Positions 48,321-58,385 of a stretch of 64,000 bases of DNA are shown piece after piece; the first letter of the stretch is position 1; each line of letters begins with the position of its first letter. This stretch comes from Candidatus Kerfeldbacteria bacterium CG_4_10_14_0_8_um_filter_42_10 (GTDB lineage: Bacteria > Patescibacteriota > Patescibacteriia > UM-FILTER-42-10): NCBI GenBank assembly GCA_002784945.1, contig PFMD01000002.1, forward strand, positions 10,477 through 74,476, read 5' to 3'. The notes under the pieces were generated by a model. It was not told the origin of the DNA. It saw only the letters and a program-made list of their open reading frames with translations, and ran no database searches. The position numbers and the translations under genes are program-made.

Positions 48321-50699
48321 TTAACTCTTATCAGGACCGGGTATAATTTCATAAATCACCACGTCTTCAAATTTACCAATTTCTTTAAAGTATTGTCTAA
48401 GGTCAATTTCCTTATATATCTCTTGCACTGAGTTATCGTAATACTCTACATCATCATATAATTTTGCTAAAATCAAATCTGTTCTTTCGGTAGCAATTTG
48501 ATTTGTGTCTTCTGTAAAGAGATAAGCGAGGGAAATGAGATTATCCTGACCACTGGTATCGATCATTAGGTGGATATCATAAGTTTGCATTGCTTCATAA
48601 AATCCAAGTTCCTTAATATCATTTCTTATTTGCTGCAATTGTCCAGGATTCTTTATGGATCCAAGTGAAACGATCGGCCGGTTAGCATAAAAATAAAATA
48701 TCCGATATATTGATGCAAAATTGAGTATTTTGCCATTTACATCAGTTTTCTCATCAACAATTTTAATGAAACGCTGGATATTTTCTTTACTTAATCTGCT
48801 TTCCAGTACATAAGAAGGGTTCGGATTCAGATGTAGAGAGGAAATAATCACTAATCCGACAATCAACAATATCTTAAGGTAGCGATGGGAGGAAAACCGT
48901 TTCTCGATCTGATAAAATAATCCGGCGACAAAAAGAAAAATTGTCAAAATAAAGAAATGGTTGTAGTACCAAGCAAATCGAATAGACTTTGAAGCCAAGA
49001 TAAGAAAAACCAGTGAAGTAAGAAAAAAAGAAAAAAGTATTTTTAGTTTATTTCTGGGGAGCATCCAACACAACACCAAAGCAACGATAAAAAGTAATGT
49101 AACTGTCGGTATACTCATAAAAGAAATCCGACTAAGCAAGACAGTATAGAAGTCTGAAATTAATACAAGTCTGGAATCCGTGAGAAATTGGTCACTCAAC
49201 GATAAAAAATATTTTTCTAAAACCATTGCAAGCAAAATTACCAGAGTAATTCCGATAACTCCCAGACTGACATACCATAGGTATTTTATCTTTTGAATTT
49301 TCTTCAGCAGTTGGGTAAAAGGACCCTTGGTAATAACAAATGCGACTCCCAAAGACATGAGATACAAAAAGAAAAGCAAAAGGTTTTTAGTAATGCGATC
49401 CGGCTGTGACGGCGTCTGCTGTAAAAAAACATTAAACAGTCCTAGGGGGAGAAAGGCAAGCAGGGATAATTTGATCCAATAGATAATTCTTTCTTTTTCC
49501 GTGAAAAGAATAAGGAAACAGAATATTGGCAGCCCGATAACGATAAATGATAACTTACTCGTTAATGCAAAACCGAGCATTATAAAGGCAAGTTCCTTTC
49601 GTTGGTGAAAATAAAGATTCAGCGCGACCAGTAAAAAAACTAATGCCGGCAGATCTAAGGTCGTTATCCAAGTTATCAGATTGAATAGCGGCGTTAGAGA
49701 GAATAAAAATGTGACGGAAAGAGCAACAAGTGGCGAGAAAATTTTTTTTATCAGAATATAAACGTTCAGTAGTATGAATATTCCCGCTAAGGTAAGATAG
49801 ATTCGCACAATTTCTTCAATCGAGAAGTAATTTTCTAACGCAAAAAACGGCGCCAATGTCCATTCTAAAATAGGCATTCTCCAAAAACTCTTATACTGCT
49901 GTTCTTCCATTGTTCCAAACACACCGGTATAGGCCGGATTTCGGAATACGAACGGATTTTTTGCATTATACATTTCCTGAGCAGCAGGCACGTAACTGAC
50001 ATTTTTATCAGGATGCAGCCTAATAAAAAAAGAGTCGTTAAAATATGGGAGTCGAATCGCAACAAAAATTACAATAATTACACAAAATAAGGTAAGTCTA
50101 ATCCACCCGTTTCCGCAGCCCCAGCGAATAAAGGTCCGCAATAGCGGAATTTTACTGAGAGCGGGTAATTTCTGTTGGATTTCCTGCCAGCGTTTCTGCT
50201 TTATTCGTTCTGTTTCAGCCTCTCCCCCGTTAGTATTTCGCTTTGGATTATCACGCTCCTTATTCCCCTTAGAAATTTTTTTAAACCAATGAAGGCTTAT
50301 CGGATGCAACCAAAAACTTAACCCAATAAGCAAAGCGAGTGGATATGCGTGGATTGAAGCTACGGCAATAGAGTTGTATTGGTATTTAGCAAGAAGATAG
50401 CTAATGTCAAATGTAGCCAGTGCTATTAGAACCCAAAACAAAAAAAATTGTTTGTTCTTAGGTTGAGATAATGCTTGGTAAGCAAGGTATAAATCAATCA
50501 GAATAACAAGACCTATTTCTAAAGGCATAAATAGTAAGTTTGGCTGGATAATATGTATAATTAGCAAACAAAAAACGAACGCAAAAGCAACACCAATAGC
50601 TGCTAATAGTATTTTTTTATTCACCAGACCCAGAAATTTATCGTTCTTTATTCTATTTGATTTATCGCTTTTTGACAGTTCTAAAAAATTTAAGGACAT
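48321..50699 (-). CDS. GT-C fold membrane glycosyltransferase with extra N-terminal 4-TM segment
   Basis: Many TMs, R.P...HPDK loop, P..E, T..D.P, K after TM; soluble C-terminal domain. Confidence 0.65.
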   Translation of the reverse strand: MSLNFLELSKSDKSNRIKNDKFLGLVNKKILLAAIGVAFAFVFCLLIIHIIQPNLLFMPLEIGLVILIDLYLAYQALSQPKNKQFFLFWVLIALATFDISYLLAKYQYNSIAVASIHAYPLALLIGLSFWLHPISLHWFKKISKGNKERDNPKRNTNGGEAETERIKQKRWQEIQQKLPALSKIPLLRTFIRWGCGNGWIRLTLFCVIIVIFVAIRLPYFNDSFFIRLHPDKNVSYVPAAQEMYNAKNPFVFRNPAYTGVFGTMEEQQYKSFWRMPILEWTLAPFFALENYFSIEEIVRIYLTLAGIFILLNVYILIKKIFSPLVALSVTFLFSLTPLFNLITWITTLDLPALVFLLVALNLYFHQRKELAFIMLGFALTSKLSFIVIGLPIFCFLILFTEKERIIYWIKLSLLAFLPLGLFNVFLQQTPSQPDRITKNLLLFFLYLMSLGVAFVITKGPFTQLLKKIQKIKYLWYVSLGVIGITLVILLAMVLEKYFLSLSDQFLTDSRLVLISDFYTVLLSRISFMSIPTVTLLFIVALVLCWMLPRNKLKILFSFFLTSLVFLILASKSIRFAWYYNHFFILTIFLFVAGLFYQIEKRFSSHRYLKILLIVGLVIISSLHLNPNPSYVLESRLSKENIQRFIKIVDEKTDVNGKILNFASIYRIFYFYANRPIVSLGSIKNPGQLQQIRNDIKELGFYEAMQTYDIHLMIDTSGQDNLISLAYLFTEDTNQIATERTDLILAKLYDDVEYYDNSVQEIYKEIDLRQYFKEIGKFEDVVIYEIIPGPDKS

Positions 50700-50801
50700 T
50701 AGCTATAAAAATTATCATCATCTTCCAAAAGAGAATATACCATAAAAAAAAGTATTAAACAAATTTTACTTTAAGGATTATTGGCGATAAGTATTCCAAA
50801 T

Positions 50802-50830
50802 TTGATAAATTCCTTTGTTTTTGGTATGAT
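50802..50830 (+). promoter_or_regulatory. Putative sigma70 promoter
   Basis: TTGATA, 17 bp, TATGAT with extended TG; 14 bp before the ATG. Confidence 0.55.
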
Positions 50831-50844
50831 TTAAACAATATATT

Positions 50845-53841
50845 ATGAAAATATTGAATAAATACAAAAACAATTTTTTGGTTTTATTTTTATATTTTGG
50901 GTTAAGTATTATTTTCACCTATCCCTTATTTTTTAATTTCAGTAAGCAGATAGTAGGAAGAGGAGGTGATATATATCAAACTATTGCTATTATCAATAAC
51001 AACTTTGCAGGATTTAAAGAATTAGGATATTTAGAAAGCATTTGGTTTACTCTATCACATTTAAGGCTGGATCCTATTACAATTAATACTTATTTTCATT
51101 TCATATTCAAACAGCCTGTTGGCTATAACCTTTTTTGGTTTTTCTCTTTTGTGGCTTCAGGCTTTGGCGTTTATCTCTTAGTAAAACATATATTTAATAA
51201 TCTAAAATTAGGCGGTTTTGGCACCGTGGCTTCTGCTTTTATTGCTGGCCTTATTTACAGTTTTAATTCAGCTCATATTGCTTGGGGAATGGGATTCCGA
51301 GGCGCTACTCATATTGAATGGATTCCTTTTACCATCCTCTATCTTTTTAAATTTATTAAAAAGCCATGTCTTAAGAATTTTTTAATTTTAGGACTATTTT
51401 TCCTTCTGCTTATTACAGGCGAAAGTCATTTTGCCGCTTATTTTATTATCTTTCTGGTTCCCCTTCTTATCTTTTATCTGTCTCAAAATCGTCATATACT
51501 TAGGAATAAACTATTCAGAAGGTACACCCTAGCAGGATTAGTGCTGGGAATATTTATTGTTCTTTGGTTCTATCTTCCTCTAATTAAAGTTTCAGTTTCA
51601 GATGATAACTATTTAAATCCCGGCATTGAACAGACAATAAATTACTCTCCTGATATTCTTTCTATTATTACACCTAGTGAATTCAATCCTTTTTGGTCAG
51701 AATATTTTGCTCCGCTTCGAGAATCCTTTACCGGCAATGCCACTACTTATTCAAATTATTTGGGATTGACCGCTTTGATACTCTTTTTATTTTCTATTTT
51801 TTACGCGAAACGCTCCAGAATAAAGGAAATATATTTTTGGATTCTTTCCGCCATAGGGTTCTTTATTATTTCATTAGGACCATTCCTTCATTATTCAGGA
51901 ATAGTCGAACCGAAAATTCCCCTTCCCTATCTACTTCTGTATCATTATATCCCGTTTTTTGAAAATATTAGAGCGGTGGGAAGGTTCTGGGTAATTGCGC
52001 TCCTTTGCTTCGCCGTTGCTATTGCTTTTGGCTTCAAATTTCTCTTTGACCATTTATCTAAGAAAAGAGTTGGGGGTAAGGTATTAATCTTAGCTATTGT
52101 AATCTCGCTTATTTCTGTGGAATACCTTGCTATCCCGATCCCCTTTTCTTCCTTGGATTATTCGCCATTTTATGATCAAATTAAAGCAGCGCGAGGTGAT
52201 TTTAAGGTTGCTGATATTCCAGCCTCAACAAACTATATCGCTGATGCTAAAGCTAAATATTACGCCTCTATTTATCAGAAAAATCTCATCTCTGGCCTTG
52301 ACCCAGCAAGAAAAGTACCCGGCAAATGGGATTTACAAAGAACTACGCCGGTTTTAACCGAAATCTTATATACGCTTCCCAAAGGCAAGGACACTCCATC
52401 TGATATTATCAATCAAGATTATCCAGGCTTGGCCAATAAAATATTCTCCTATTTTGATATCCCCTACATAATCATTCAAAAAGAGTTCGTGGGAGATAAA
52501 CAGGATTATATTAAACCAGGTGATTTTGAGAAACTAAATAATTTCATTATAGATAATTTTGACATAGAAAAAAAATATGAAGATGATTATTTAATCGCCT
52601 ATACAATAAGAAAGGAGCAACCCGCCGACTTTTTTTATCTTACCATCGGAGACGGCTGGGAAGATTTGAATAATGAAAATAAAACCAGGCAAATTAAAAA
52701 AGAGGCGTCACTGAAGGTTCATAACCAATACTCTACAACTAAAAATCTTTCTTTAAGCCTTCAGGTTAAGAGTCCCGAGGACAGTTTCAGAACGGTTTCC
52801 TTTTACTTTAAAAATGAATTACTTGGCAATTATTTTGTTTTCGAAGAAATAACTCCCATTAAAATATTAGTTCCTAATATTCCCGTTGGGGAAAGCGATA
52901 TCACGATTAAAGTTACCAACTATAGTAAAAACGGCAAATATGAGTACCAGAGCGCAACATTCGGGAATATAGAATATAAAGTGATTGAAGAATTAAAAGA
53001 AACAAAGGAAATTAATTTATCAAGTGATGGTCCTAATAAAGCGATAATTAGTATTCCTACTTACTATTCCTATTATTTCCAAAAAGCTCAAATTAATGGA
53101 GAAAGAAAAATAGACAACCATCCTCTAATTTCTTTAGAAGATTTTATCATAGAAAATGAAGAAGGAAATTATACAGTCCTTAATACACTACCATTAATAA
53201 ACGAACTGTTTAAATCTGATGAAGAAAAATATTCCAAATTAGAAACCTATCGCGACATAAGAGAGGCTAATTATTACATGGATAACATTACCAATATCCT
53301 AGCTGAAAAAAATGTAGGATATATTTACCTAAACAAGAGCTCATTAAATGATAAGGAAAAAAAGAAACTATCAAAGCATCTAAATAAATATATCCCCTCC
53401 TTAGAAATAATCGAGGGTGACGAATTTATAATTTATAAGATCAATTCAGCGGAAAAAAATAACAGCGTCCCTTTTGTCATTAGTAATGGTTGGGATATAT
53501 TAGAGAATAAACTGGGGCAGAGTAAAAGGAGAAAGATTCACAATAGCGCTTCTCTTTATCTCTACTCTTATGATGAAAAGCCAGTAGAATTGAAATTTAG
53601 ATCCAAGACCTGTTCCGATAAAACAACCTACGGCTCTGTTGAAATTAACGAGGAACATGACAATACTTTCGTGGTAGAAGGTTCTAATTTTCAAGAAATT
53701 GCTCTAACTTCTATTTATCCCCTGAAGCTTGGGTTAAATAAATTAACAATCAATCTATTTAATGAACAAGGTCAGATTGATCAAAACATAAGGAATTGCC
53801 CAATTTGGGTATCGGACATAAGCATATATACTACGGAATAA
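50845..53841 (+). CDS. Large YfhO-like (GT-C) membrane protein with duplicated extracellular module
   Basis: TYP...GD..Q, AGLIY.F, YLG, SLGP, LPY, F...R..GRF, EY motifs of this family; repeated GW..E...R / ASL module. Confidence 0.7.
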   Translation: MKILNKYKNNFLVLFLYFGLSIIFTYPLFFNFSKQIVGRGGDIYQTIAIINNNFAGFKELGYLESIWFTLSHLRLDPITINTYFHFIFKQPVGYNLFWFFSFVASGFGVYLLVKHIFNNLKLGGFGTVASAFIAGLIYSFNSAHIAWGMGFRGATHIEWIPFTILYLFKFIKKPCLKNFLILGLFFLLLITGESHFAAYFIIFLVPLLIFYLSQNRHILRNKLFRRYTLAGLVLGIFIVLWFYLPLIKVSVSDDNYLNPGIEQTINYSPDILSIITPSEFNPFWSEYFAPLRESFTGNATTYSNYLGLTALILFLFSIFYAKRSRIKEIYFWILSAIGFFIISLGPFLHYSGIVEPKIPLPYLLLYHYIPFFENIRAVGRFWVIALLCFAVAIAFGFKFLFDHLSKKRVGGKVLILAIVISLISVEYLAIPIPFSSLDYSPFYDQIKAARGDFKVADIPASTNYIADAKAKYYASIYQKNLISGLDPARKVPGKWDLQRTTPVLTEILYTLPKGKDTPSDIINQDYPGLANKIFSYFDIPYIIIQKEFVGDKQDYIKPGDFEKLNNFIIDNFDIEKKYEDDYLIAYTIRKEQPADFFYLTIGDGWEDLNNENKTRQIKKEASLKVHNQYSTTKNLSLSLQVKSPEDSFRTVSFYFKNELLGNYFVFEEITPIKILVPNIPVGESDITIKVTNYSKNGKYEYQSATFGNIEYKVIEELKETKEINLSSDGPNKAIISIPTYYSYYFQKAQINGERKIDNHPLISLEDFIIENEEGNYTVLNTLPLINELFKSDEEKYSKLETYRDIREANYYMDNITNILAEKNVGYIYLNKSSLNDKEKKKLSKHLNKYIPSLEIIEGDEFIIYKINSAEKNNSVPFVISNGWDILENKLGQSKRRKIHNSASLYLYSYDEKPVELKFRSKTCSDKTTYGSVEINEEHDNTFVVEGSNFQEIALTSIYPLKLGLNKLTINLFNEQGQIDQNIRNCPIWVSDISIYTTE

Positions 53842-53941
53842 AATTTATATTTTCTGTAAAATTTAAATCGGAATCGGATAATTAGAATTATTTTAGCAAG
53901 TCTCAGTGCTGTCTGATACTTTTTTGTTTTTAATAATTATC

Positions 53942-54145
53942 TTATTCCTTCGTTAAAATATATAACGTTCCAGTTATAACAATGATTACTAAAAAAACAT
54001 TTATATCAAAAAAGGACAGTAAAAAATTATTGGAAAGGGAATTAAGCAAAAATAATACAAGGTAATTAATTATTGATGCAATTAGTACAAAAAAACTTGC
54101 TTTGCTTAAAAAAATTTTTGTTTCTTTCCACCAAAAACTGGTCAT
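53942..54145 (-). CDS. Small 2-TM membrane protein
   Basis: Hydrophobic 67-aa ORF 1 bp downstream of the 54147-55655 ORF. Confidence 0.55.
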   Translation of the reverse strand: MTSFWWKETKIFLSKASFFVLIASIINYLVLFLLNSLSNNFLLSFFDINVFLVIIVITGTLYILTKE

Positions 54146-54146
54146 T

Positions 54147-55655
54147 TTAACTTTTGGTCAATGATTTTTTAATGAAATTTATTACTTTACTGGGAAAATT
54201 CTGCAATGTTACCGGCGGTTTTTGATAGGTAACCTTAATATTAGTGATATTAATAATGCCCCCGGTTTCATTCAATCCCGGCGCGCTCAGACGAAATCTT
54301 ACATTATTATTTTTATCTTTATACAACCGGTTTAAATCAAAAGTATTTGATTTTACCAACCATCCGTTTTCCTTTTTGGGTGATGAGTATTCGGCGATTA
54401 AATAATCAAGAAGGTTAATGTCCGAATTATTCTTAATTCCGATAATATTATCGGGAAATGGATTGAAATACTGACTTTCGCTAAAAGCCATAAATCCATC
54501 AAAATTAATGGCTAAATCATTTTTTGGCACGTTAATCTTAATAATTCCGGAATCATTTAAATATTTGAAATTTCTGTTTAATTCATTTATTTCAAGTGAA
54601 TGAGAATCAAGCGAAATTTTTTGCAATCCCGAAGGGTGCGATGTTTTGAAGGTAATGGTTGATGCCTTAGCAAATAGATTGGTCGGTTTACTGCCGGGGG
54701 TTAAATCATTAAAGTATTCCTCGTTGTCAATTAAAAATAGATTTCTGGCAAAAACAAGGAGATGTTGGGCGGTGATCAGTTTAGAAATAGCGATATCGTC
54801 GTTTCCCTTTAGTTCTATTCGATAAACTCCCTCTTCTAAATCGGGAATTACGATTGATAGACTTTGCTCGGGCTGAAAAACTCCGGTCACTCCTTCAATT
54901 CCATCATCCGGCAACTCGCCGCTAAATATTTTTTCTCCGTCTACTTGCTTAATTACCTCCACTTTTAAAATATCTGATCCGGCGTATCGATTGAGATCAA
55001 ACTTGTTTATGGTGAAATTTAACTTCTCGTTCTTGAGATAAGTGTAAATAGTGTGACTTCCCCTTAAATTTCGATCGATAACTGTTTCTTTGTCTGATTT
55101 TTGATAATCCGGGATTACTTTTTTTAAATTGAAATTATAAAAGTATTCGCCGATTATCTCGTTTTGGGGAGGAGCGGAAATAAAATTCTGAAGGTCGGCA
55201 TATTTTGGATTCTTTTGATAAAGGGCGATCCCGTTTGCTTCGATTCTGTTCCAAGCTAGATTATCAATTAATTTATTCTCTAGCGGCTTTGTCAGATAGT
55301 CGCCCGCTTGATTGATCCTTGCGCCTATTTCAACTATCGGCACAATGGGATTTTTAAAAGTAATCTCCGTTGTAACGGCTTGAAACCACCTTGGAATCTT
55401 TACGTCAAAATATACTAAATCGTCTTTTATCCCCTGAGACCAATCGCCATTCGATTCTTCAATCGGCAGTAGTCTCTGCCAAGGCTCCAGATGCGATATG
55501 TATTCAGATTCTCCGGTAAAATCGTACGCCACCTCCAGATGGCCAAATGGCACAAAATATCGATTAAAAATCATTAAAAAAATAGCCAGGGAGATTCCCA
55601 GAGTTATTGTTTTTACTGCCCAAAGTAAGATGGCTAAAATCTTTTTATAATTCAT
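54147..55655 (-). CDS. Membrane-anchored hypothetical extracellular protein
   Basis: N-terminal TM, beta-rich body, 502 aa, own promoter. Confidence 0.75.
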   Translation of the reverse strand: MNYKKILAILLWAVKTITLGISLAIFLMIFNRYFVPFGHLEVAYDFTGESEYISHLEPWQRLLPIEESNGDWSQGIKDDLVYFDVKIPRWFQAVTTEITFKNPIVPIVEIGARINQAGDYLTKPLENKLIDNLAWNRIEANGIALYQKNPKYADLQNFISAPPQNEIIGEYFYNFNLKKVIPDYQKSDKETVIDRNLRGSHTIYTYLKNEKLNFTINKFDLNRYAGSDILKVEVIKQVDGEKIFSGELPDDGIEGVTGVFQPEQSLSIVIPDLEEGVYRIELKGNDDIAISKLITAQHLLVFARNLFLIDNEEYFNDLTPGSKPTNLFAKASTITFKTSHPSGLQKISLDSHSLEINELNRNFKYLNDSGIIKINVPKNDLAINFDGFMAFSESQYFNPFPDNIIGIKNNSDINLLDYLIAEYSSPKKENGWLVKSNTFDLNRLYKDKNNNVRFRLSAPGLNETGGIINITNIKVTYQKPPVTLQNFPSKVINFIKKSLTKS

Positions 55656-55666
55656 AACTGAATCTA

Positions 55667-55695
55667 ATTATAGGAATATTTAATTTTTTGGTCAA
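55667..55695 (-). promoter_or_regulatory. Sigma70 promoter, very short leader
   Basis: Minus strand TTGACC (55695-55690), 17 bp, TATAAT (55672-55667); ATG at 55655. Confidence 0.65.
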
Positions 55696-55713
55696 TCTAA
55701 CTGTTTTAATAAA

Positions 55714-55890
55714 ATAGTTTGGTGAATAATGTCTCGGCCGTCATTCCCGCCCGCCTTGCCGGCGAGGCAGGCGAAACTTGCCCTCGTGAAAACGAGGGGC
55801 GGGAATCCAGAATTTATGTTTAAAATTGGTTAATTACAGTATCCGCTGGATGCCGGATCGTGTCCGGCATGATATTATTCACCAAACTCT
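55714..55890. mobile_element. MITE with ends matching the adjacent IS, carrying nested GC-rich palindromes
   Basis: agtttggtgaataatgtc (55716-55733) / gatattattcaccaaact (55871-55888) inverted repeat with 1 mismatch; inner gtcattcccgc...gcgggaatccag...ctggatgccggatcgtgtccggcatga. Confidence 0.75.
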
Positions 55891-56786
55891 CTAGGGAGTC
55901 TGGTGAATATTAACAATAGAGTATCTGGTGTGGCCAGGAACTCAAGGATTTCCATAATCGAGGTCAGATAACAGTTAGTTTGGAAATTCTTCAGTCCCCG
56001 AGTTCGTTCTTCACCAAGATGAAATACCCGTTTCTTTCGGGAGAAGTATCGCTCAATCTCAGTGCGTTGGTTGATTAGAGTTTGATCTAAGCATCTTTCT
56101 CTGGCTTTTTGATAATAGTTGTATGATTTCTTTTGTTCTTCTAAGGTTAGTTTCTGGGTGGTTTTTCGGATGGGAATAGCCACTCTACAGAATTCCCACT
56201 TCTGTTTAGTCTGCCAAACTAGATCTTGCGCATCGTAACCTTTGTCTGCTGCTAAGGAATGTGCCTTCCAATCCCTTTGACCTGCTCGAATTAGCTTCTC
56301 TCCTAGGACGACATCAGCTTGAGCGCCTCCAGTTACAGTTTGCAATAATGGTAATCTTGTCTCAAAATCAATGATTTGGTGCAATTTAAAGCCGTTTTTC
56401 TCTTTGTAGCCTGAATACTCTGAGCCTTGTTCATTCTTCCCTGAATAGGTCTTAACGAATGAAGAATCTAGAATTAGATTTAAGTCTTTCAAGTTTTTAG
56501 CAATCACCCTGGTTAAGCTTTGGAAAACCTTAGTAAACCATTGTTTCTTAATCAGTCTTTGTCGAAACTTAATGAAAGTGGAGTAATCAATACTAGAGAT
56601 ACTCTCTAAATCCCGATAAGAACAACTCATTAATTGTTTGTAGATTAGAAGCCTAAACAGGTATACTTTGTCATAGCCCCTTCTGCCTCGGCCTTTGTAT
56701 ATTAATAGCTTAGAAAGAACCTTTATTACCAGATTATGGTTTAACCATTGAAATCTGGAAAATACTGGTATATGATATTGATACAT
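55875..56786 (-). CDS. DDE transposase (DDE_Tnp_1, IS5/IS4-like)
   Basis: GRRGY, DYST..KFR, ILDSS, G.KLH, AADKGYD, R.EIER.F.R.K; ATG at 56786 preferred over the track start 56837. Confidence 0.9.
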   Translation of the reverse strand: MYQYHIPVFSRFQWLNHNLVIKVLSKLLIYKGRGRRGYDKVYLFRLLIYKQLMSCSYRDLESISSIDYSTFIKFRQRLIKKQWFTKVFQSLTRVIAKNLKDLNLILDSSFVKTYSGKNEQGSEYSGYKEKNGFKLHQIIDFETRLPLLQTVTGGAQADVVLGEKLIRAGQRDWKAHSLAADKGYDAQDLVWQTKQKWEFCRVAIPIRKTTQKLTLEEQKKSYNYYQKARERCLDQTLINQRTEIERYFSRKKRVFHLGEERTRGLKNFQTNCYLTSIMEILEFLATPDTLLLIFTRLPREFGE

Positions 56787-56882
56787 AAAGACTTTTGATT
56801 TTGGTTTAGTTTTTATTAGATATATTAATTTTACCAAAATCTAAGTCTTTTTGTTATTAAAGAGCATTATTCACCAGACTCT
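55895..56882 (-). mobile_element. IS5/IS4-like insertion sequence (about 990 bp)
   Basis: Perfect 14-bp TIR gagtctggtgaata (55896-55909) / tattcaccagactc (56868-56881) enclosing a DDE transposase; CTAG at the left flank. Confidence 0.85.
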
Positions 56883-56913
56883 TTTAATCTAGGTTCTCAG
56901 AAATTTGATTTTA

Positions 56914-56922
56914 TGTTATAAT
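56914..56922 (+). promoter_or_regulatory. Extended -10 promoter for wzx
   Basis: TGtTATAAT about 30 bp upstream of the ATG. Confidence 0.45.
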
Positions 56923-56954
56923 ATCAATTATTCTAACAGCTATCAATACAATTT

Positions 56955-58385
56955 ATGTCAGTTGTTAAGAAAATAACTAAAAATACATTTTGGCTAGCGA
57001 TCTCTTCAATCACAAGTAAATTAATCGGTTTTGGAATTGTCGTTTTGGTTGCCAGAAATCTATTATCAGAGGGGTTTGGGCAATATAGTTTTGCCCTTTC
57101 ATTCGGAATTATTATCAATGTTATTGCGGACTTTGGTCTTTCTACTTTGACTAACCGCGATCTCGCGAGGGATCGAAATCAGACTAAACATTATATTGAA
57201 AATATTATTGTTATTAAAACAGTGCTGACAGCAGTGGCCTTTGCACTACTAGTAATAATTCTGGAATTTATCGATAAGCCGCTTTACGTTAAAGTTATTG
57301 TCTTCCTTGCCAGCTTGTATGTTGTCATTGAATCTTACAATACTTTTTTTTATGCTGTTTTCAGGGCTAATGAAAAAATGCAATTCGAAACAATTTCTCG
57401 AATATTGGAAAGAGGTCTAATATTAGGATTAATTGCTTTATTTTTCAATCTAGGTTATGGCATTTTTTTTGTTTTTGTCGCCTATATTGTGGGTGAATTG
57501 ATAAGTATGCTCGTTACTGCGATTATAGTCTATAAAAAATTCTGTCATTTTACTTTTAGGATTGACTTACCCCAGTGGAAAAAATTTCTAAAACCCAGTC
57601 TATTTTTTGCTTTAACCAACGTTTTTATTATTGTTTACTTTAAAATCGATGTGCTGATGCTATCAATTATGAAAAATGACCGGATTACCGGTCTTTACTC
57701 TTCTGCTTACGACCTGCTATTTGCCTTTATCTTTATACCAACTATTATGAACGCTGTTGTCTTTCCTAGAATCTCTTTTTTAGCTAGGAATTTTTTTGAT
57801 AAATTCAAAATTTTAATTCAGTTACTCCTGAAGTATTTTTTAATTATTGCTTTCCCATTGAGTATCGGGCTATACTTTACAGCCCCATTTTTAATGAAAT
57901 TAATATATGGCTCCGATTTCCTAGAAGCTATCCCCTTATTTCAACTTATGTCCATCGTTATGGTTTTTGTATTTCTAAACTTTATCAACGGCTCTTATCT
58001 TAATGCGCTGGATAAACAGCATATCTCGACAATTATTGCGGGCATATGCATGGTGCTGAATATCGCGATTAATTTGGTTTTAATTCCAATTTTGGCGGCC
58101 AAAGGAGCGGCCATTGCCACAATCATTACTGAAGCGGTTTTGGCTCTATTTTCTTTATTAGCAATAAAAAAATTCACCGGCGAACCTAAGGCAGAATTCA
58201 TCATACTGTCAGCAAAGCTCATTTTAGCCAGTTTGATAGCAATCGGGACGGGCATATTGACTTCGGCATTCCACCCTATTCTTCAAGGTATAACCGCATG
58301 TTTAACTTATTCATTGGCAGTTTTTGCCTTAGGTGTGTTTAATGCCCAAGATCGTCCTTATTTCTTAGAACTAGTGCGAAAATGA
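56955..58385 (+). CDS. wzx: Wzx/MOP-family flippase
   Basis: KNT, AR.L...FGQY, DFGL....RD, KIDVLML, GLY..AY, N.VLIP..GAAIAT. Confidence 0.9.
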   Translation: MSVVKKITKNTFWLAISSITSKLIGFGIVVLVARNLLSEGFGQYSFALSFGIIINVIADFGLSTLTNRDLARDRNQTKHYIENIIVIKTVLTAVAFALLVIILEFIDKPLYVKVIVFLASLYVVIESYNTFFYAVFRANEKMQFETISRILERGLILGLIALFFNLGYGIFFVFVAYIVGELISMLVTAIIVYKKFCHFTFRIDLPQWKKFLKPSLFFALTNVFIIVYFKIDVLMLSIMKNDRITGLYSSAYDLLFAFIFIPTIMNAVVFPRISFLARNFFDKFKILIQLLLKYFLIIAFPLSIGLYFTAPFLMKLIYGSDFLEAIPLFQLMSIVMVFVFLNFINGSYLNALDKQHISTIIAGICMVLNIAINLVLIPILAAKGAAIATIITEAVLALFSLLAIKKFTGEPKAEFIILSAKLILASLIAIGTGILTSAFHPILQGITACLTYSLAVFALGVFNAQDRPYFLELVRK

